Positions 1 to 15,634 of a stretch of 64,000 bases of DNA are shown here, piece after piece. A model generated the notes under the pieces. The model did not search any database. It saw only the letters and a list, made by a program, of their open reading frames with translations, and was not told the DNA's origin. The stretch is taken from the NCBI GenBank assembly GCA_012295275.1, contig CM022671.1, forward strand, positions 34,782,001-34,846,000. The letters are read 5' to 3'. This stretch comes from Chrysomallon squamiferum (Eukaryota; Animalia; Mollusca). The translations under genes were made by a program, and so were the position numbers. The number at the start of each line of letters is the position of its first letter. Within the stretch, counting starts at the first letter, position 1.

Positions 1-330
1 CTCTCTCTCTCTCTGTAATATTGCTATCAAAACCAGAGAATTAACAAACAGAAATTTTAGATGAAGAATTTTCGGGAGACAGTTTTTTTGTGTGTGTGTG
101 TGCGATATGTCGACCAGCCCTGCTCCAATAACAGCATCGTGTAAACGACGCTGTGGTTGTTCGTCTAGAATGCCATCTGTTTTAACGCCGACGTGTATTT
201 AGCGTAACCACGTCGCCTTTGTTTGTCAAGAGGACACCTGTCCAGCGTTTGACGAACAAAGTCATCGATTTAAATAAAGCAGTGAAAGAAACTGTCTCAC
301 TCGTACATTCTCGTTTGTTGCGTAGTTTCG

Positions 331-426
331 CGTCGTAGCTCAGTGCTTGATGTTCGTTTCGTGTGCGATGTGCTGCGGGTTCAGTCCTGAATGATGGACT
401 GTTTGGCTTTATAGAAAGAGGGTTAG

Positions 427-478
<52 letters not shown>

Positions 479-985
479 CGGTAGATAGATAGATTGGTAG
501 ATAGATAGATAGATAGACAGACAGATATGAAAACAGTTTTACAGCAGGTGTCCAGTTTTAACAAAAGCTAACTGAAGCACATCTGGATTTATTTCGTTCC
601 AGCCATAGCATTAAAATTAGCTTGTTTGAGGCTTTCTTGTTCATATATACTTTCTCTTTTAACCAGAACCCAACCAAAGACGGTTTTATTTTTACTAGTA
701 TTCGATACTTTGAATATGTTTTGACTATTTATAATGTTAAGTGATTATTATTATGACGACCTTTCAGCCAGAGCCACATGCCTGCTTTATCGAGGCGGTA
801 ATAAATGTTCCACTGTATATGGGACTGTACATATTTTTAAAATTTCTTGCTGATAACTGACAAGTATAGTCTTCTGAGTGTTTATGGCGAGTTTCTTCTT
901 TCCTCTTAGTGAAAAAATCAAAAAAAAATCAAAGTCCTTTGGAAACCTTTAATATTAAAATGTGTTAAAGGTTCGTTAAATATTT
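331..985 (+). mobile_element. Degenerate tRNA-derived SINE interrupted by an (AGAT)n array
   Basis: A-box-like gtagctcagtg (336) and B-box-like gggttcagtcc (377). Later segments (atttcgttccagcc, tttcttgctg, aaatgtgttaaaggttcgttaaata) resemble molluscan SINE body and tail from memory. Confidence 0.45.
427..526. repeat. (AGAT)n microsatellite
   Basis: Direct reading. Confidence 0.95.
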
Positions 986-1440
986 ATTGTTTAATTTGGA
1001 TAAATATCCCTTTAACATGAAACGGAAACCTTTATTGAAAATAATTACTTCGTGACTAATTAAAAAGATGAGGCAATACTCGAGTTCTCTTCGCCTCCGT
1101 CCACACACACCCCGCTCTGCCGCTTATTTCACAGTGATTTAAAATGATTAACAGTTAGCTCAAGAATCGTTTTTCTAATTGCTTCTTTAATACACACGTT
1201 GTTATCTTAGCTGTAAAAATTTCAATATTAGAATATTCGATACTATTAAATAAAAGTCATCTGTGTTAAAAAGACTTACTGGACACTTGAATATTTTGTC
1301 ATACATGCAATCATACACACGCCACTGATATACAAATACGCAGAAATATAAAACAGATACATCCATACACACAAATACACATACACACACACACGCACAC
1401 TCACAAATATACTTATACATACACATACACACACACACAA

Positions 1441-1490
<50 letters not shown>

Positions 1491-3006
1491 GCGCACATCT
1501 ATATGAACTGCAGTTCAAGAAAATTTTAATAATTATTAATCTGTATTCCGCTGTTGAAATTTTATTTATTTCCCTATTATTTTCAAACGACGCTAAACAT
1601 CATCATCATCATCGTAAACACGATACCTGTTCTCACGTTTCATTAATTAAGTCATTAATCAAGCACGCCCGTCTGCAGCAATTAATTAACTGCCTGAATC
1701 AACGTCAACGGCTCGCTCAGATAGAAACACGGTGAAAACGACGTGTTTATGAAATAATAACTCGGCAGTTTGACTCGGCGAGACAATAATTAAACTGCAC
1801 GGTACAGCGTATCATACGATCTGTCAACTAACAAGTACAGCTATAAATGAATTCGTCGTGGGGGGGGGAGCACTTCCGTTTCCATGGGTGATTAATTATT
1901 TACCTTATTTCTGCATCACCATGGAAACCTGACATGGCTGACCGTCTTTGGTAACAATGTAATTCCCAATCATTCAGATACAATAGACTGGTTTTTTTGT
2001 TTGTTGTTTTTTTAATATTTCATATGCAGAAAGTTTAATATCGGAAAATACTATGTGATTGATTTTTTATTATTTCTTTTATTTAATTTTGTTTTGATAT
2101 AATATATGTATTTTTAATATTTTCTGCTAAAATTATTGTACTTTTACCAGCACTGCTACCGCAGCCACTTCTACTTTCAGTGCTGTCACAACTGCAACTA
2201 TTTTACGAAACTACTACTATTACTACTATTACTGCTACTATTACTATACGACTACTACTTTACATTTACTGTGAGAGCATCGTTATAGTATTGCTACCAT
2301 CACCACTATGTATTCCTATTGCTAAGACAATGGTGCTACTGTAGATGTTTATTTCATTCTTTAATTTCTTCTTCTTCTTTTGTTTTAATTTTTGCTTAAT
2401 TTTTTTACAAATGTTTATTTTTTTAATTATAATTTATTACTATTGTTTTATCTTTTAATTATTATTTTCATTTTTATTATATTTTATTTTATTTTATTTC
2501 CTTTTTATTTCATTTTTACCTTTTTATTATTTTTTTATTCTTATTTTATTTTACTTTATTTATTTTTTATTTCTACGTTATTATATTATATTTTTTATTT
2601 TATATATACATATTTTTATTATGATTATTAACTCTACTGTTATTAAATCTAAACTATCATCATTACTCGTGATGACGTACACAAAGCGAGTAATCTCTGT
2701 ACAAAGATATAGATTTTTTTGATTTGTTTTCAAATAGACTACTTGGTGCACTGATTGTTCCGGTGGAATTTGAATAAAGAATAATTTCTACGTGAGATCC
2801 GTACTTAGAAGGGTTGAAAGTGAAAGATAACAAAGTAATTCTTTATGTAGCGGGATAATGACAAAGATATCGGTCCTTTAAGACTACAAGGATTTTACGA
2901 AGAAAAATTAAGAGATACACAATTAAGAGAAGGGATATGCATATATACATGGTGTGTGTGTGTGTATGTGTGTATATGTGTGTGTGTGCGTGTGTGCGTG
3001 TGTGCG

Positions 3007-3044
<38 letters not shown>

Positions 3045-4522
3045 TGTCTATATATCTAGATTTATAAGTGTGTTTCAAGAAAAGACATTTGGGATTTCGA
3101 TGGTAGAAGGTGCATTTTGATTGGTTGTTTGAAACTGAAGGAAAGGTTTCTTCGAAATAATATGTCTGACAGCACCTTAAATATAGAATCACTGCTATTT
3201 TGTTGTCAGTACTTGTTTCTTTCAGTTACTGTTATAAAAAGAAAAAGGATATAAACATAACATCTTCCTTTGTCGTAATTCTACGGCTAAATTAAACACT
3301 GTTTTTCCCATGACCGATGTGACTGGGAAATGTTCTGATCCAAAAAAGCTAAAAACAAAAACAACAACTCATCCACCCACCATCACCTGTTCCAATTAAT
3401 CGTTTTGTATCAGCTGTGTTTGAAAAAACAAAACAAAACAAAAAAACACAACACAATACCAGAAACAAAAATATTGAAATTTATTCTTTCCCCTTTCTCC
3501 CGTTACGCAGTGACATTGCGCGTGATGTTACAGGACCAGCACTCCCAAGTAATAATTACAACATCTGCGGGGAAATAACAGTAACCAGTAATCATTACGC
3601 AACCAGCGTAACCAAGCATTACGCAAACACCTAGCGACGAAAACTACCATTGTTGCTGAGCACCAAGGGGAAAATGAATTTCATTAACACAGGAATTGAC
3701 ACCTCACGTGACGGTGTATGGATGGTCAGTGAAGTGGCAGAAAGCCGCATTAACACGTTGTGTACACCATCAGGGGTCGTCGTTGTCGTTGCTTGTTTTT
3801 ATTATTACCTTCTTGACACTTTATTATGCAAGTAATGGTAATGGGTTCTTGCATTATGCATTGCGCTTCAACAGCTAACATTCTTCTTAGGAGATAATTC
3901 CCAAAACATGAAACTTTTCAGTGGTGAATTCAGTAATAGATTTTGTTTGGGAGGGGGGGGCTTCATTACGTTTTACTGTAATTTGTATGCCCCTATACAG
4001 TACAGCAGTACTCATCGTATCAGTAATAATTAGAAGGAATGGTAATAGAAGAAGAGGCAATAATTAGTAATTATTCTATAGTAATAATAGTTGTTGTAGT
4101 AGCTGTTGTTATAGCAGTAGCAGTTGTTGTAGTGACGATGATGGTAGTTGTAGTAATAGTAGGAACTGTAGTTGTTATGGAAATACCAGCAATAGACGTT
4201 GTTGTAGCAGCCAGTGTATTAGTTGTTGTTGTAGTTCGTGTAGTGGTTATCTAGTTATTATTGTTAGTGTAGCATTGGAAGAACCGTTAATTTACTTGCG
4301 ACCTCTTCCGCTACTGTTTCTGTGACCGTGAATGTAATGATTATTATTATGTTTACAACTACGACTTGAGCTGCATGCATTATTAATGGATCTGAGTTAC
4401 TGAATATATTATTATTACTGTCATCAGGAGAACAAGAATCGTGATTAACAAACTGTTCTCTGAACAGTTCACTTTTCCTGTCTTCATTTCTTCCTCCGTT
4501 TTTCTGAATATCTGATATACAG

Positions 4523-4523
<1 letters not shown>

Positions 4524-4579
<56 letters not shown>

Positions 4580-4581
4580 GT

Positions 4582-4654
<73 letters not shown>
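4524..4654. repeat. (CT)n microsatellite, interrupted
   Basis: Direct reading. Confidence 0.95.
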
Positions 4655-4658
<4 letters not shown>

Positions 4659-7584
4659 TCTCATCTTTATAGATGTATTTCAAAAATACAATTTAACTCT
4701 ATATTTAATATAATACCCATAGATACAGATTCTATCTTCTTCCCATTTTCCTATCTCTTTTTCTTTTTGTCTCCAACTATTAACGTCTCTTTCTCTGTGT
4801 ATCTGTTTCTGTGTGTCTTTATTTCTATCACTGAATCTGTATTCTTTCTTTTTTTGTATCTCTGCTTCTCTTTGTCTGTCTGTCTGTTACGTGTGTGTTT
4901 ATTTCTTTCTGTCGCTGAGAATGTACTCTTTATGTCTGTAATTTTATCTGCTTCTCTTTGTCTTTGTCTGTCTGTCTACGTGTGTGTTTATTTGTAACGC
5001 TGAAGCTGAATTCAGTAACGTTCCGTGTCAGTCAATGGCTGTATTGTCTGAGCAGCTCGACTAGCTTTTTATTTTGAAATTAATTGCTCGTTCACTTCGT
5101 CTGACCCGGCAACTCGCGGTCCACGGTAGGTTTCATTAAAGTCAAATAGGAAGACACGAAACGTTCTTGCGAATATTGCTTCCCGTGCTCTAACACAATT
5201 ACAACGCTATTTCCAACCTTGATAACGGCCGATCAAATTATTCGTCACGCTTCCAATAGCCCGAAGCCGCCTTTGTTTTTAATCACTGCTGATATTGCTT
5301 TTACACCCGAGAGTCACCTCCCTTTTATTCTTTCTGTGTTCTGTCGCAGGAGACTTCAAATAACGAGACTTCCGGCTGTACGCGAATGGAAAATTTTTTA
5401 ACCAATTTTGTCCAATGTGAGATGGATTGGATAAACAAATACTTCTTACTCTTTCCTTCTCTCCTCCAGGTCTCGGCTCTGGCCAGACAATCAGAACTCA
5501 TCCAGTGAGACTGTTTGAAAACATTAATCTTTAATTTCGCTCAAAGGAATCAACTTTAGAATAATAATCTGTCTTCGGGATATTGATTCCATTTACGACA
5601 GCCAATTTACGGAGTGTAATCCCACCCCGACACCGACTACAAATGTAATTAAGCATGAAGTTTGCTGTTTTCCTTCAGATGGTTTCTCGCAACGTGAAGC
5701 ACAATGTCACTTAATTATCGTCTTGAATGTCGTTGACGTCCACGTTATGGTCTTTTTTTTTTTTTTTTTTTTTTTCCTCCACTCCCCTCGTCAGTTCACT
5801 GAAAACCTCAGCACATCCCACACTAATGTTTAAACTTAATACTGAAGTCATTTTGTTTCCCCGGCGGCTCCAGAGGTGAGACAGTCTCTTTCTTAAAACC
5901 TCAGACAGCTGGACAAACCACGTACACTTTCAGTTGATGTCTTTGGCTATGTAATTATTTCTCTTCATGTGCTATTGAAGATTCCTTTGTTATTTAAAAA
6001 AAAAAAATGTATTATTATTAATATTGTTGTTAGTGGTTGTAGTATTAGTAATAGTAGTAATATTGCAGTAGTAGTTGCAGTCATATTAATATTGCAGTAG
6101 TAGTTGCAGTTGTAGTTAATATTAGAAGTAGTAGTAGCAACAGCAATAATATTTTATATATATGTATGTTTTATATATATATATATTAATATAAATTTCA
6201 CTATGTAATTATTATTTATATCTTTTATATTTATAATTTGCATGTTGATATATATTTTTTACTCATTATTATTATGTTTATTATTGTCTCTATGCTACTG
6301 CGTTATTGCCGCTGTTATCTTAAGTAACGATAAATAATGCAATTTTATAAGACAACGATAACTATCTAATACAGAAAATAATGAAAACAGTTTGCAACTG
6401 GAGCGATAAGAACGATCACCTGACTTTCAGATCCAGTAAACGATTTATTTATTGTTCTGGGTTCCTGAATGTTCACGTCCCTTCTTTCCGACCAGTTTGT
6501 TATCCCCAACAACCCCTCCCTCTCCTCCACACAGAAAAGTGTGGAACCGCCCTCCTCTCCTGGTTTTCGTGTTAAGATCCGCGACTCCAATTTACATGGT
6601 CATTATTTGGTGAATATTTGATTTGATTTCAAGTCTCACTCAGTCCACAGCGCCTTCGACACATAAAGCTTTCAACAACTTTGAAATCATTAATTTGCCT
6701 CATTTTGCTTTTGTCGCAATGTTGAAGACGATGTCCTTATCGATGTCGACGACAAATTAGACGTTGCAGCTGACGTGACAATGAGTGCCGACAAGAACAA
6801 AGGAAAGACAGAAAGTAACGTCTAAACTTAAAACGAATTTAACTGAATGATGGTATCATTATACTTTTATGTGTTACTTTTATATTAATTTCTTACATAC
6901 TCTAAATACCACTTTACTATGTTTTCTTTCTTATTTATATATTTTATTTATTTAGAAATTTGTTTCTTTCTGTTTTCCTTTTATTATTATTATTATTACT
7001 ACTACTACTACTGCTACTACTACTACTACTACTACTACTACTATTATTAGTAGTAGTAGTAGTAGTATTAGTATTATTATTATTATTATCTGGAGTGATT
7101 AGCTTATTGAGTTTGTTAATTATCTTCCTTTTTATCCTTTTTCTGGCACAATATTACAACACTGGTTGTCTTTAGAATCCTATGTTAATAGACCACTGTA
7201 TAAATTACTTCGAATTGTTTCTTTCAAAAATTGCTACACGTTAATAATCGCGATTTATGTAGGTTCTCGTGTTAAATGACAGTGTCCAGTGGTCAGTGTG
7301 TGCCAGGTATTTTGTCTGACCCATGCCTGACATGCCAGGTAAACCTGTGTTTGATTAAGTAATAAGCAGAGGTAGACAAAGTAACATGCGAAACATCACG
7401 ATTCTCACATTGTTGTCGGCACATCAAAGACATTCGGTGTTTTCTTCTTAATAGACAGAGAGATGTGTATGAAGATATACATACCTACTTAACTTCGTGC
7501 ATGTATGTATGTACATGTAAATGCAACCCAGCATGTGCGAATCTATTAATACTAAATATTATATGTGTGTTTAATACATGAATA

Positions 7585-7855
<271 letters not shown>

Positions 7856-8750
7856 CATGATTATCCGAAGAAGCATACCACATAGCTGAAACTATTACAT
7901 TTTGTCAAGTAATGCAAATCTTCCAATACACAACAGAAAGGACTGACAAAGCTGCTATCATCCACTGTGTATTGGCATTCGTCCTTGGCTGTCTCTGTTC
8001 GTGGCAGAGGAATGCTACGTTAATGTGTTGTTCGGCAACATTTTAATAATTGTGCCTTGGGCGCCATTTCCCCCCAACTCGCAATAAAAAGCCTTTAATC
8101 AAGCCGCTGACATGATGATGTGTTTTACTCAGAAATGCATCAAGACTTATGCCACCTTTTGTTCATTATATAATTAAAGCGAATCTGGCCACTTAGCCCA
8201 TTTTGGTTTTCTTTCTCAAATTTCTTTTTTAATTCTTTTTTTTTTTTTTTTCTTTTTTTTTCCTTTGGTTAGAATTTGTATCTCGAAAACGATGACTAAC
8301 TGCGCAAATCTCATTGTTTCTCGGCTTAGAGCACGTGATTAACGAGAAGACAAGTGACAAGTGTTTTTATTGGAAGTCCGCTGATGTCGCACGCGCCTGA
8401 GTGGCAGTCCTCCTATTTAAACCGGACAATGAATGAGATTTCAATGCGCTGCAAGCGAGGGAGCATGCCCGGTAGCCAGTCAACATCATGAACCGTCAAT
8501 TGTGTTGATAGAGAAAAAAAAGTAAAATAGGGTAAAACGACAAGGAAAACATGAGATTCAGGGCTTAAAGAAGACATGCCAGAACTGGCGATTAGTGCAA
8601 ACAAAGCGAGATGTTGGGTTTTTCTCTGCGCTGCGTAGAAAGTCGATAAAACGCATTGTACTCAGTTTAGCAGCAATGTGCGGTTTTCATAGATTATCTG
8701 TAAATATTGTATGTACACAAGTGATGATATTATTTAAAATTAGATAGCTC

Positions 8751-8818
<68 letters not shown>

Positions 8819-9721
8819 ATTAGTTTTTTTCTCATAAAATTTATTCATTTTTGTTCTCTGACATGAACTATTTTGTTATTCTTTCGCTATCGTAAAAGTT
8901 AAAACAACATTAAATACCTTAATACACATCTATGTATTTAATTAAAAAAAATATTTTAAAAATTAAATAAAACAATTAATAATTCAATAAATATTTTAGC
9001 ACTTCTGTTCGAACACGGATCATTTAAAAAAAAAAAAAAAAAAAAAAATAGTATTCATAAAAATCCCAATAATCAATTAAACATTTAAACCGTGTTTCAC
9101 TAAAAGTTCAAGCGAAAACGTCATGTGAACGTAACCGACACAGACAAAAACAAAATAAATTTAAAAGAGCATCAACGTTTATTTTCACAACACTATTAAG
9201 TTTTATTACACGACTTCGCGAACGAAGAAAGTATTGTTTTGCTTTAAAACCCACGCTGCGAACGCCATTACAGAAATCGACGTCGTTTTGCTTGTCCTGG
9301 TTGTGGACGTGGTGTTCTATCGATTTGTCTGTCATCTGAAAATCTCTCTCTTCGCTCTCGCAGGGTGACAACGTCAGTAGAGAAAAGAAACTTGTGTTTT
9401 ATGGCCAGCGAGAGAAGTAAAAATTTATGACTCGCCTGCGACAGAAGTGTCTTGTAGCAGCGTCGCCCATCGATTGACAATCGAGGTTTAATTGCACGTG
9501 CTGCGCGCGCCAGGCTGAATTGCGTTGAGAAACCGAACGTTAGGTTTCTTTTCAGACAGACTCGCCGATTGGCTAATTCAAATTTGTTAAATTTAGCCGA
9601 TTTAATACCAATCGATATTTGCCCCACAATGAATTTTTTTTTCTTTTTTTTTTTTTTTTTAAATTGTGTTTGAATTAAAGCGAGTAATAAATGAATGAGA
9701 CAAGAATTGCAGAAATATGTT

Positions 9722-9723
<2 letters not shown>

Positions 9724-9756
<33 letters not shown>

Positions 9757-9782
9757 TTATTATTATTATTATTTTATTATTA

Positions 9783-9832
<50 letters not shown>
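9724..9832. repeat. (ATT)n microsatellite
   Basis: Direct reading. Confidence 0.95.
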
Positions 9833-9835
<3 letters not shown>

Positions 9836-11399
9836 AGCAACAACAACATCAACAATAATCTGATTTTGTTTCATTCAAAGTCAAATATTGAATGGTACTG
9901 TCTGAACAATATCCTTTTTAAAGACTGAAGATTTTTAAGTTATACCATTTTATCACCATACTTTATTATTAGCAAACATTGGGAGCTGAAAACTGAAACA
10001 ATAATTTGGGCATATACAAAATGGATTTTGGTCATTTGTTGTTATACAGACATAGATTCCAACTATTGAACGGAGTAGACTGTATGTAAGTAATGAAATT
10101 GAAAACTCGTGTTTAGTTTTCTCTTCTAATGTTACAACAGACAAATTAAATCGATGAAGTTTTCATTATTCGTCCCAGGCTAATTAATCTAGGACTGTGA
10201 CTTAGATTGTTTTTCATCTTATACACATTATGTTTCAGTGTGTCCAGTGATACGTGTGTGTGTGTGATGTGGATGAGGGCAAACAGACCAGGAGATCATA
10301 ATCTGCCGGGTTTTAATTGCTTTTTATTCTTCTTTTTCTTATTGTTCTTTTCTTATTCCGTTTTCTTATAGTTTTTTTTACTTTTTTGTTATTGCCGTTT
10401 TGTTTGTTCACGGGTGTGGGTTTTTTTTTTTTTTTTTTTTTTTTTTTTGTGTGTTTGTGTGTGTCTGTTTCTGTCTAACAGTCTGGTGATTGTTTTTATT
10501 TTATTTGTTGTAAGATTTAATTTCAACGACATAAAGAAAAAAATGTTTCAGACTAGTGTATTATTGACATTCGTTATAAATATCAAAAACAAATAAAATT
10601 CTTATAATATACACAAAACGTATTCAAATACTGATTAATATCACCAGGTTTATATTTTAAAATAGTATTTAGAATACTTAAATAATCTAAATATTTTTTT
10701 AACGTAAAATAAAGTAAATATTCGATTTAAATAATTGTAGTAATTATACCTTAACCACTGAAGAATAATCAACTTTTCTTACATAATGCGGTGAAATCAA
10801 AGTTTTAAATGTTAACACTTATATACTTCTTTTTCTTATTCCTCTTTTTTATTTTTATATTCTTAAGTTAGATGTAAATTTTCCTACATGAATAAAATAT
10901 TTCTTTCTCCCGTAAGAAATTAAATAATTAAAATAAGAAGAAGAAATAATGTAAATATTCGTCCATACACTACATTAATACTCAGGATTTTAACTCACTG
11001 TAAACCAGAATTAAGCCTCGGAATTATTTATTTGTGCTAACGATCGAAGAAAGTGTATTCGTGTAATTATTATACGTTCTGAGCCCGCTTTGATGTTGCT
11101 TTATCCCGTTCAGTAAACACGATCTAATTCCGCATTTCTCAATAATATATTTGTGATAATAATTAAGGGACACTTCTGCACACAGGTGCAATTTAATCAA
11201 ATTAAACACGGGTCTTCGTGCGACAACATAATAATCACGGGCTGGTTTCAATACGCAGTCGCGAGGTGTTAACGTTCAGTGCGCATTCCCATGCAGTGGG
11301 AGACCGCAAAAAACGCGGTTTGATTCCGCGGTAAATTCCACCACAAGTTCCTTTTTGTGTGACCAGTCTTTTCTCTGTGCGTAGTCTCTGGCGGCTTAA

Positions 11400-12362
11400 T
11401 CGATTAGCCCTGCCGTGCCTGTGATGTGTTTGGTGCGTAAGGCCAGCAGACCGCAGACCAGCGAGCTGCTAGCCAAGGTGTGAGAGGACAAGAACATATC
11501 TCCACATTGATCCAGTGAGCAATATGGAAGGGTCAGGCGATAGGAGTATTAAGACCATCACTGATGAATGATTCAAAGTCTCCCGGGAATCCGAGGCTAG
11601 TCAGCGAGCGATTCATCGTTCAGCAGGTAGTTGTTGTCAGTGCATTAAGAGAAAAACTAGCTGTAGCTGGATCGAGTTTCACTTTTTATTCAGAAGTATT
11701 GTGTGACAGTGGTCGACACGTTCTGACCAGAAGCAGTTTCACTTTTGATTTAGAGGAGTGATGTGTTGTAATGACTTAAGAAAAACTGTGGACAGTTTGT
11801 ATTAGAAAGATTCAGAGAGGTTTTTTGTTTATCAGAAAAAGATGTAAATTTGAAAAAATCTTTATAGCTAGATCAATTGTTTGGTCTGTTGTGAAGAATA
11901 CTGTAAAGTCAGTGAAAGTTTTAAACACTGGGATGGACAGAATCTATTGCATGACTCGGCCTGTTTCTGAATAAACTCCTTGTATTATCATACTGATCAT
12001 CGTATTATAAAACAGAAAGTCTGTTCATTTTCTATTCATCCACAGAAATATCTGAACACGTCTTTTCTCCAAAGTGTTGTATCTCTTCTACTCAGCTAAA
12101 CTGCGCCAAGTCGATGAATTAAGACAAATTTGGACCAATACTTTTTGTCAAGATCTAGAGACTCCTTTCATTCCGAATAATACTGAACACACATAAACAT
12201 TAATCAGAGTATAAAAATTTGATTTGTGACTGGCATCAAGAAAAGGACATTTATCTGCGGAATACAGATACTTTAAACGTGGAGACGTTAGCTATGAACA
12301 TGTACAGTGATTCTTACGTACAGTAGATTTTCTGATCGTTTCTTCTCGTCAGTAAATAAAAG
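11400..12362 (+). other. Candidate non-coding first exon of the neuroglian-like gene (start approximate)
   Basis: Consensus donor aag|gtaagt at 12362/12363 ends a repeat-free block that begins in CpG-rich sequence near 11.2-11.5 kb. The exon at 23898 needs an upstream donor. Confidence 0.35.
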
Positions 12363-13678
12363 GTAAGTTGTAAAATAAATTGAAACTCTTAGATCAGGAA
12401 TTACAATAGATTAAAATCGGTATTGAATATTAGTGTTCAATTTAATTTCATAGAGCATTGATTTATGAAGATATTTTTTTCAGACCGAATTATAATAGTC
12501 TTCAAAAAAAAAAAAAAACTTAGATGAATTGGCTGTACCATTCAAACTGAATTAAGAAATATCAGGAAATTGTATTTGGTATCAGAATCTGATCCAGTGG
12601 ATGTAATAAGTGATAAATATTAAATAAAAGTTTGGTAATTAGTGTTCATCAGTGAAAGAAGGAAACAGAATAATGAAAATATAATACTGGTTATAAAAGA
12701 ATATAAATAAATAAATAAATAGATAGATAGAAATAGAAATAGAAATAGATAGAAATAAATAAATAGATAGAAATAGATAGATAACAGATGAAATGAAATG
12801 AAAAACAAAAAATGAAATAAAGTTTTTAAAGTATAATAAATTAAATTAAAAAAATAATAATAATAAAACAAAATTAAAATAACAGAAGTAGCAAACAAAA
12901 CTAATACCGCACAGAAACTTTCTTCTACTTCTACTTGAAAACTCTCTCTTGTATCGTGACAGGTTATCGCTACCTGTCATCATCTGATAACACAGCTTGA
13001 CCAGCTCGCGTTGTATCTGGAAATCCTATTCCATTAAAACATCAATAAACATCCCTATCAGCTATTAATACACGATCGTCGAGCAGAGCTGGGTCTTGTA
13101 CCGCTCTCTGACACAGCGTACACTGACATTTTCAATTAGCTGCGCTTATTAACCGATCATTCTGCTGTAATTTAGAATCATAATACAATTAGATCATCGA
13201 TGATGGAGTGGACGCTAGGAAGTATGTCCAGAAATCGATATCGTGGTCAAGGAGAGACCGGCACAGTCTTACAGATCAGATCCCCAAAGGACTCCTTATG
13301 TCATGAATCCAATATGGACGATAAAGCGACCGGAAATTGCTTGGGTTCGAGTTCGTGGGGTTTCTTGACTTTTTTTTTTTTTTTTTTTTTTTTACGTCTT
13401 TTTTTTTTTTTTTTTTTTTCTGTTTTTCCCTGTTTCATTGTTTTGTATTTTTCTCTTTTTTTATTTTTTTTTTTTTATTTTTATTGTTTCGTATAATGTT
13501 ATGTGTGGCTGTTGTTGCTTTTGTTTTGTATATTTGCTGTTATTATGTTCTGTGTTTCTTTTTGAAGGCGTCGGGGATTTTTTTATTGAGTTTTTTTTTA
13601 TTATTACTGCTCTTATTTTAATTCAAAATATCAAGCGTTAGAGACAAAAATAATAATAAAAGTAACAAACAACAACAA

Positions 13679-13734
<56 letters not shown>

Positions 13735-14334
13735 TCAAAACCAGAACAACAACAAATCAACTAAATATTAAATTTAAGTTATCTGAATACAAAAGTAATA
13801 AATATTAACGTGGTATCATATTTTCATCAACGAAGCAAAGTAACCACGTGAAATGAATCATATTTGACTAAACTAATGAGCATTTAACGTAAGCTACTTT
13901 ATTTGCCTAACACGTCGTATTATTAATCCCCGTATGTACGTAAAGCAAATATTATTATCTACAGAGCAAATATTTGTGATGATAGAAACTCTAATTTTCT
14001 AAGAGGTTCAGAAGTTAAATCATGACGTCAAGTCGCAGAACCGATTCTCCCGAGTCCTGCCAGTGATACATCTCCCAATCCAACTACAGGCTCCGCGACT
14101 GCTTTGTCAAAGGTAGCATATGTTTCCTAGTCTGTGGTGTAACATATTTAATAGCTCCCTTGGTGTGTCAATTAATAACAGTCACCGGAGGTGTATAGCA
14201 GATGGTTTTAAGTCTAGTTAAGTATCCTCATAACTCAATCAGCCATATGTCTGGCTTACAGGTAACACTATGTAATATCTGTTGTTAAATAAATGATTAT
14301 TTATTAGTTCATTGCTAGGTGGGGGGTTTTAATA

Positions 14335-14392
14335 CAGGTTGAGAATCTTTTATACGAAATGGTTGGGACTGGAATGGTTTCGGATTCTGGAC
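14335..14392 (+). mobile_element. Tc1/mariner Tigger/pogo-type terminal fragment (MER46/Tigger4-like end)
   Basis: TA followed by CAGGTTGAGAATCTTTTATACGAAATGGTTGGGACTGGAATGGTTTCGGATT, close to the remembered MER46-type terminus. No opposite end seen. Confidence 0.55.
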
Positions 14393-14580
14393 TATGAAGT
14401 GATAGCCTGAGTGTCTTGATCAACGTCTAAACACAAAATAATGTTAGTGTACGCAAATTATAGGATATTATTAGTTCTACTGTTGGGACCTTGGACTTGT
14501 ATTATCTGTTATTATTATCTTATGTTTTAATTCGTGTATTTACGTTATTCTCTGTGTACACGAACGTGTATCTATTGATG

Positions 14581-14630
<50 letters not shown>

Positions 14631-15596
14631 CATCATCATCATCATCATGATCAATGTTATCAAAAAAACACACTATTATTTCGTTATTTGTGTACGTACT
14701 AAAATGACATCAATTTTTTATGTTTCAACATTAATAATAATAATGCATTAATTACGTCACACACAAAATACATAAAAAAATCTTTTAAAAAAAAAAAAAA
14801 AAAAAATAAAAATAATAATTTATTTTTAATGCCAAATTTATGACCTCACAGTGTACTAAAATGTTTTTTTTTTTTTTTTTTCTTTTCTTTTTTAATTCGT
14901 CAGAACACGGTAACAATAATTCTACGTCAGTTATTTAAAATATTCACTCGTTCTCATTTAACGATTGGCTAAACCAATCTACCGGAAGCACTAAGCCGCC
15001 ATTAATGGCGACTGTAATCGGTTTATGCGCCGCCTGATCTATAAATAATTGATTGTTGTGACTGCGAGATAAGAAAATTAATTACCTATGTGCAGAAAAC
15101 TCTGTATATAAACGACTGAAATAGCGGCAAGCGTTCCTCGGGAAAAAAAAAAAATCATTTCTAAAGTTATTGGAATTAATTTTCTGTATTAAATGAAAAT
15201 AAATTGATATGGAATTCTGAAAGCGACGTGGAAACTGAGTTTCATTCAATACTGCGCCGGTATTTGTGTAGAAAGTACATTCCTAAAGATAATCGAAACT
15301 ATAATGATTTTTCTAGGAAAAAACAACCCCAGAAATGAGTGTATTTTAAATTGCTTTAATGTTGTTAATGGAAAATGTGGGAAAATGTCAAATGACTGTA
15401 TATGTATGTATGTTTGCATGTTTGTCTGTTTGTATGTATGTATGTACATATGTATACATGTAGGTATGTTTATATGAATAAAGGTATCTGTGTATATATG
15501 TATGTATACCTGTATGTATATCTGTATATATATGTGTGTGTATGTATATTATGTTCATATTTGCATAAATCTCTCTCACTCTCCCTATATATATAC

Positions 15597-15634
<38 letters not shown>

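Noticed and set aside
331-395. tRNA gene
   Set aside because: A/B-box-like motifs only, no cloverleaf; treated as a SINE head.
4039-4254. Hydrophobic Val-rich ORF as a membrane protein
   Set aside because: Degenerate (GTA/GTT)n trinucleotide repeat.
5470-5876. Acceptor-like and donor-like sites (5469/5505, 5678/5877) suggesting small exons
   Set aside because: No recognisable coding content, one includes a poly-T run, and there is no independent support.
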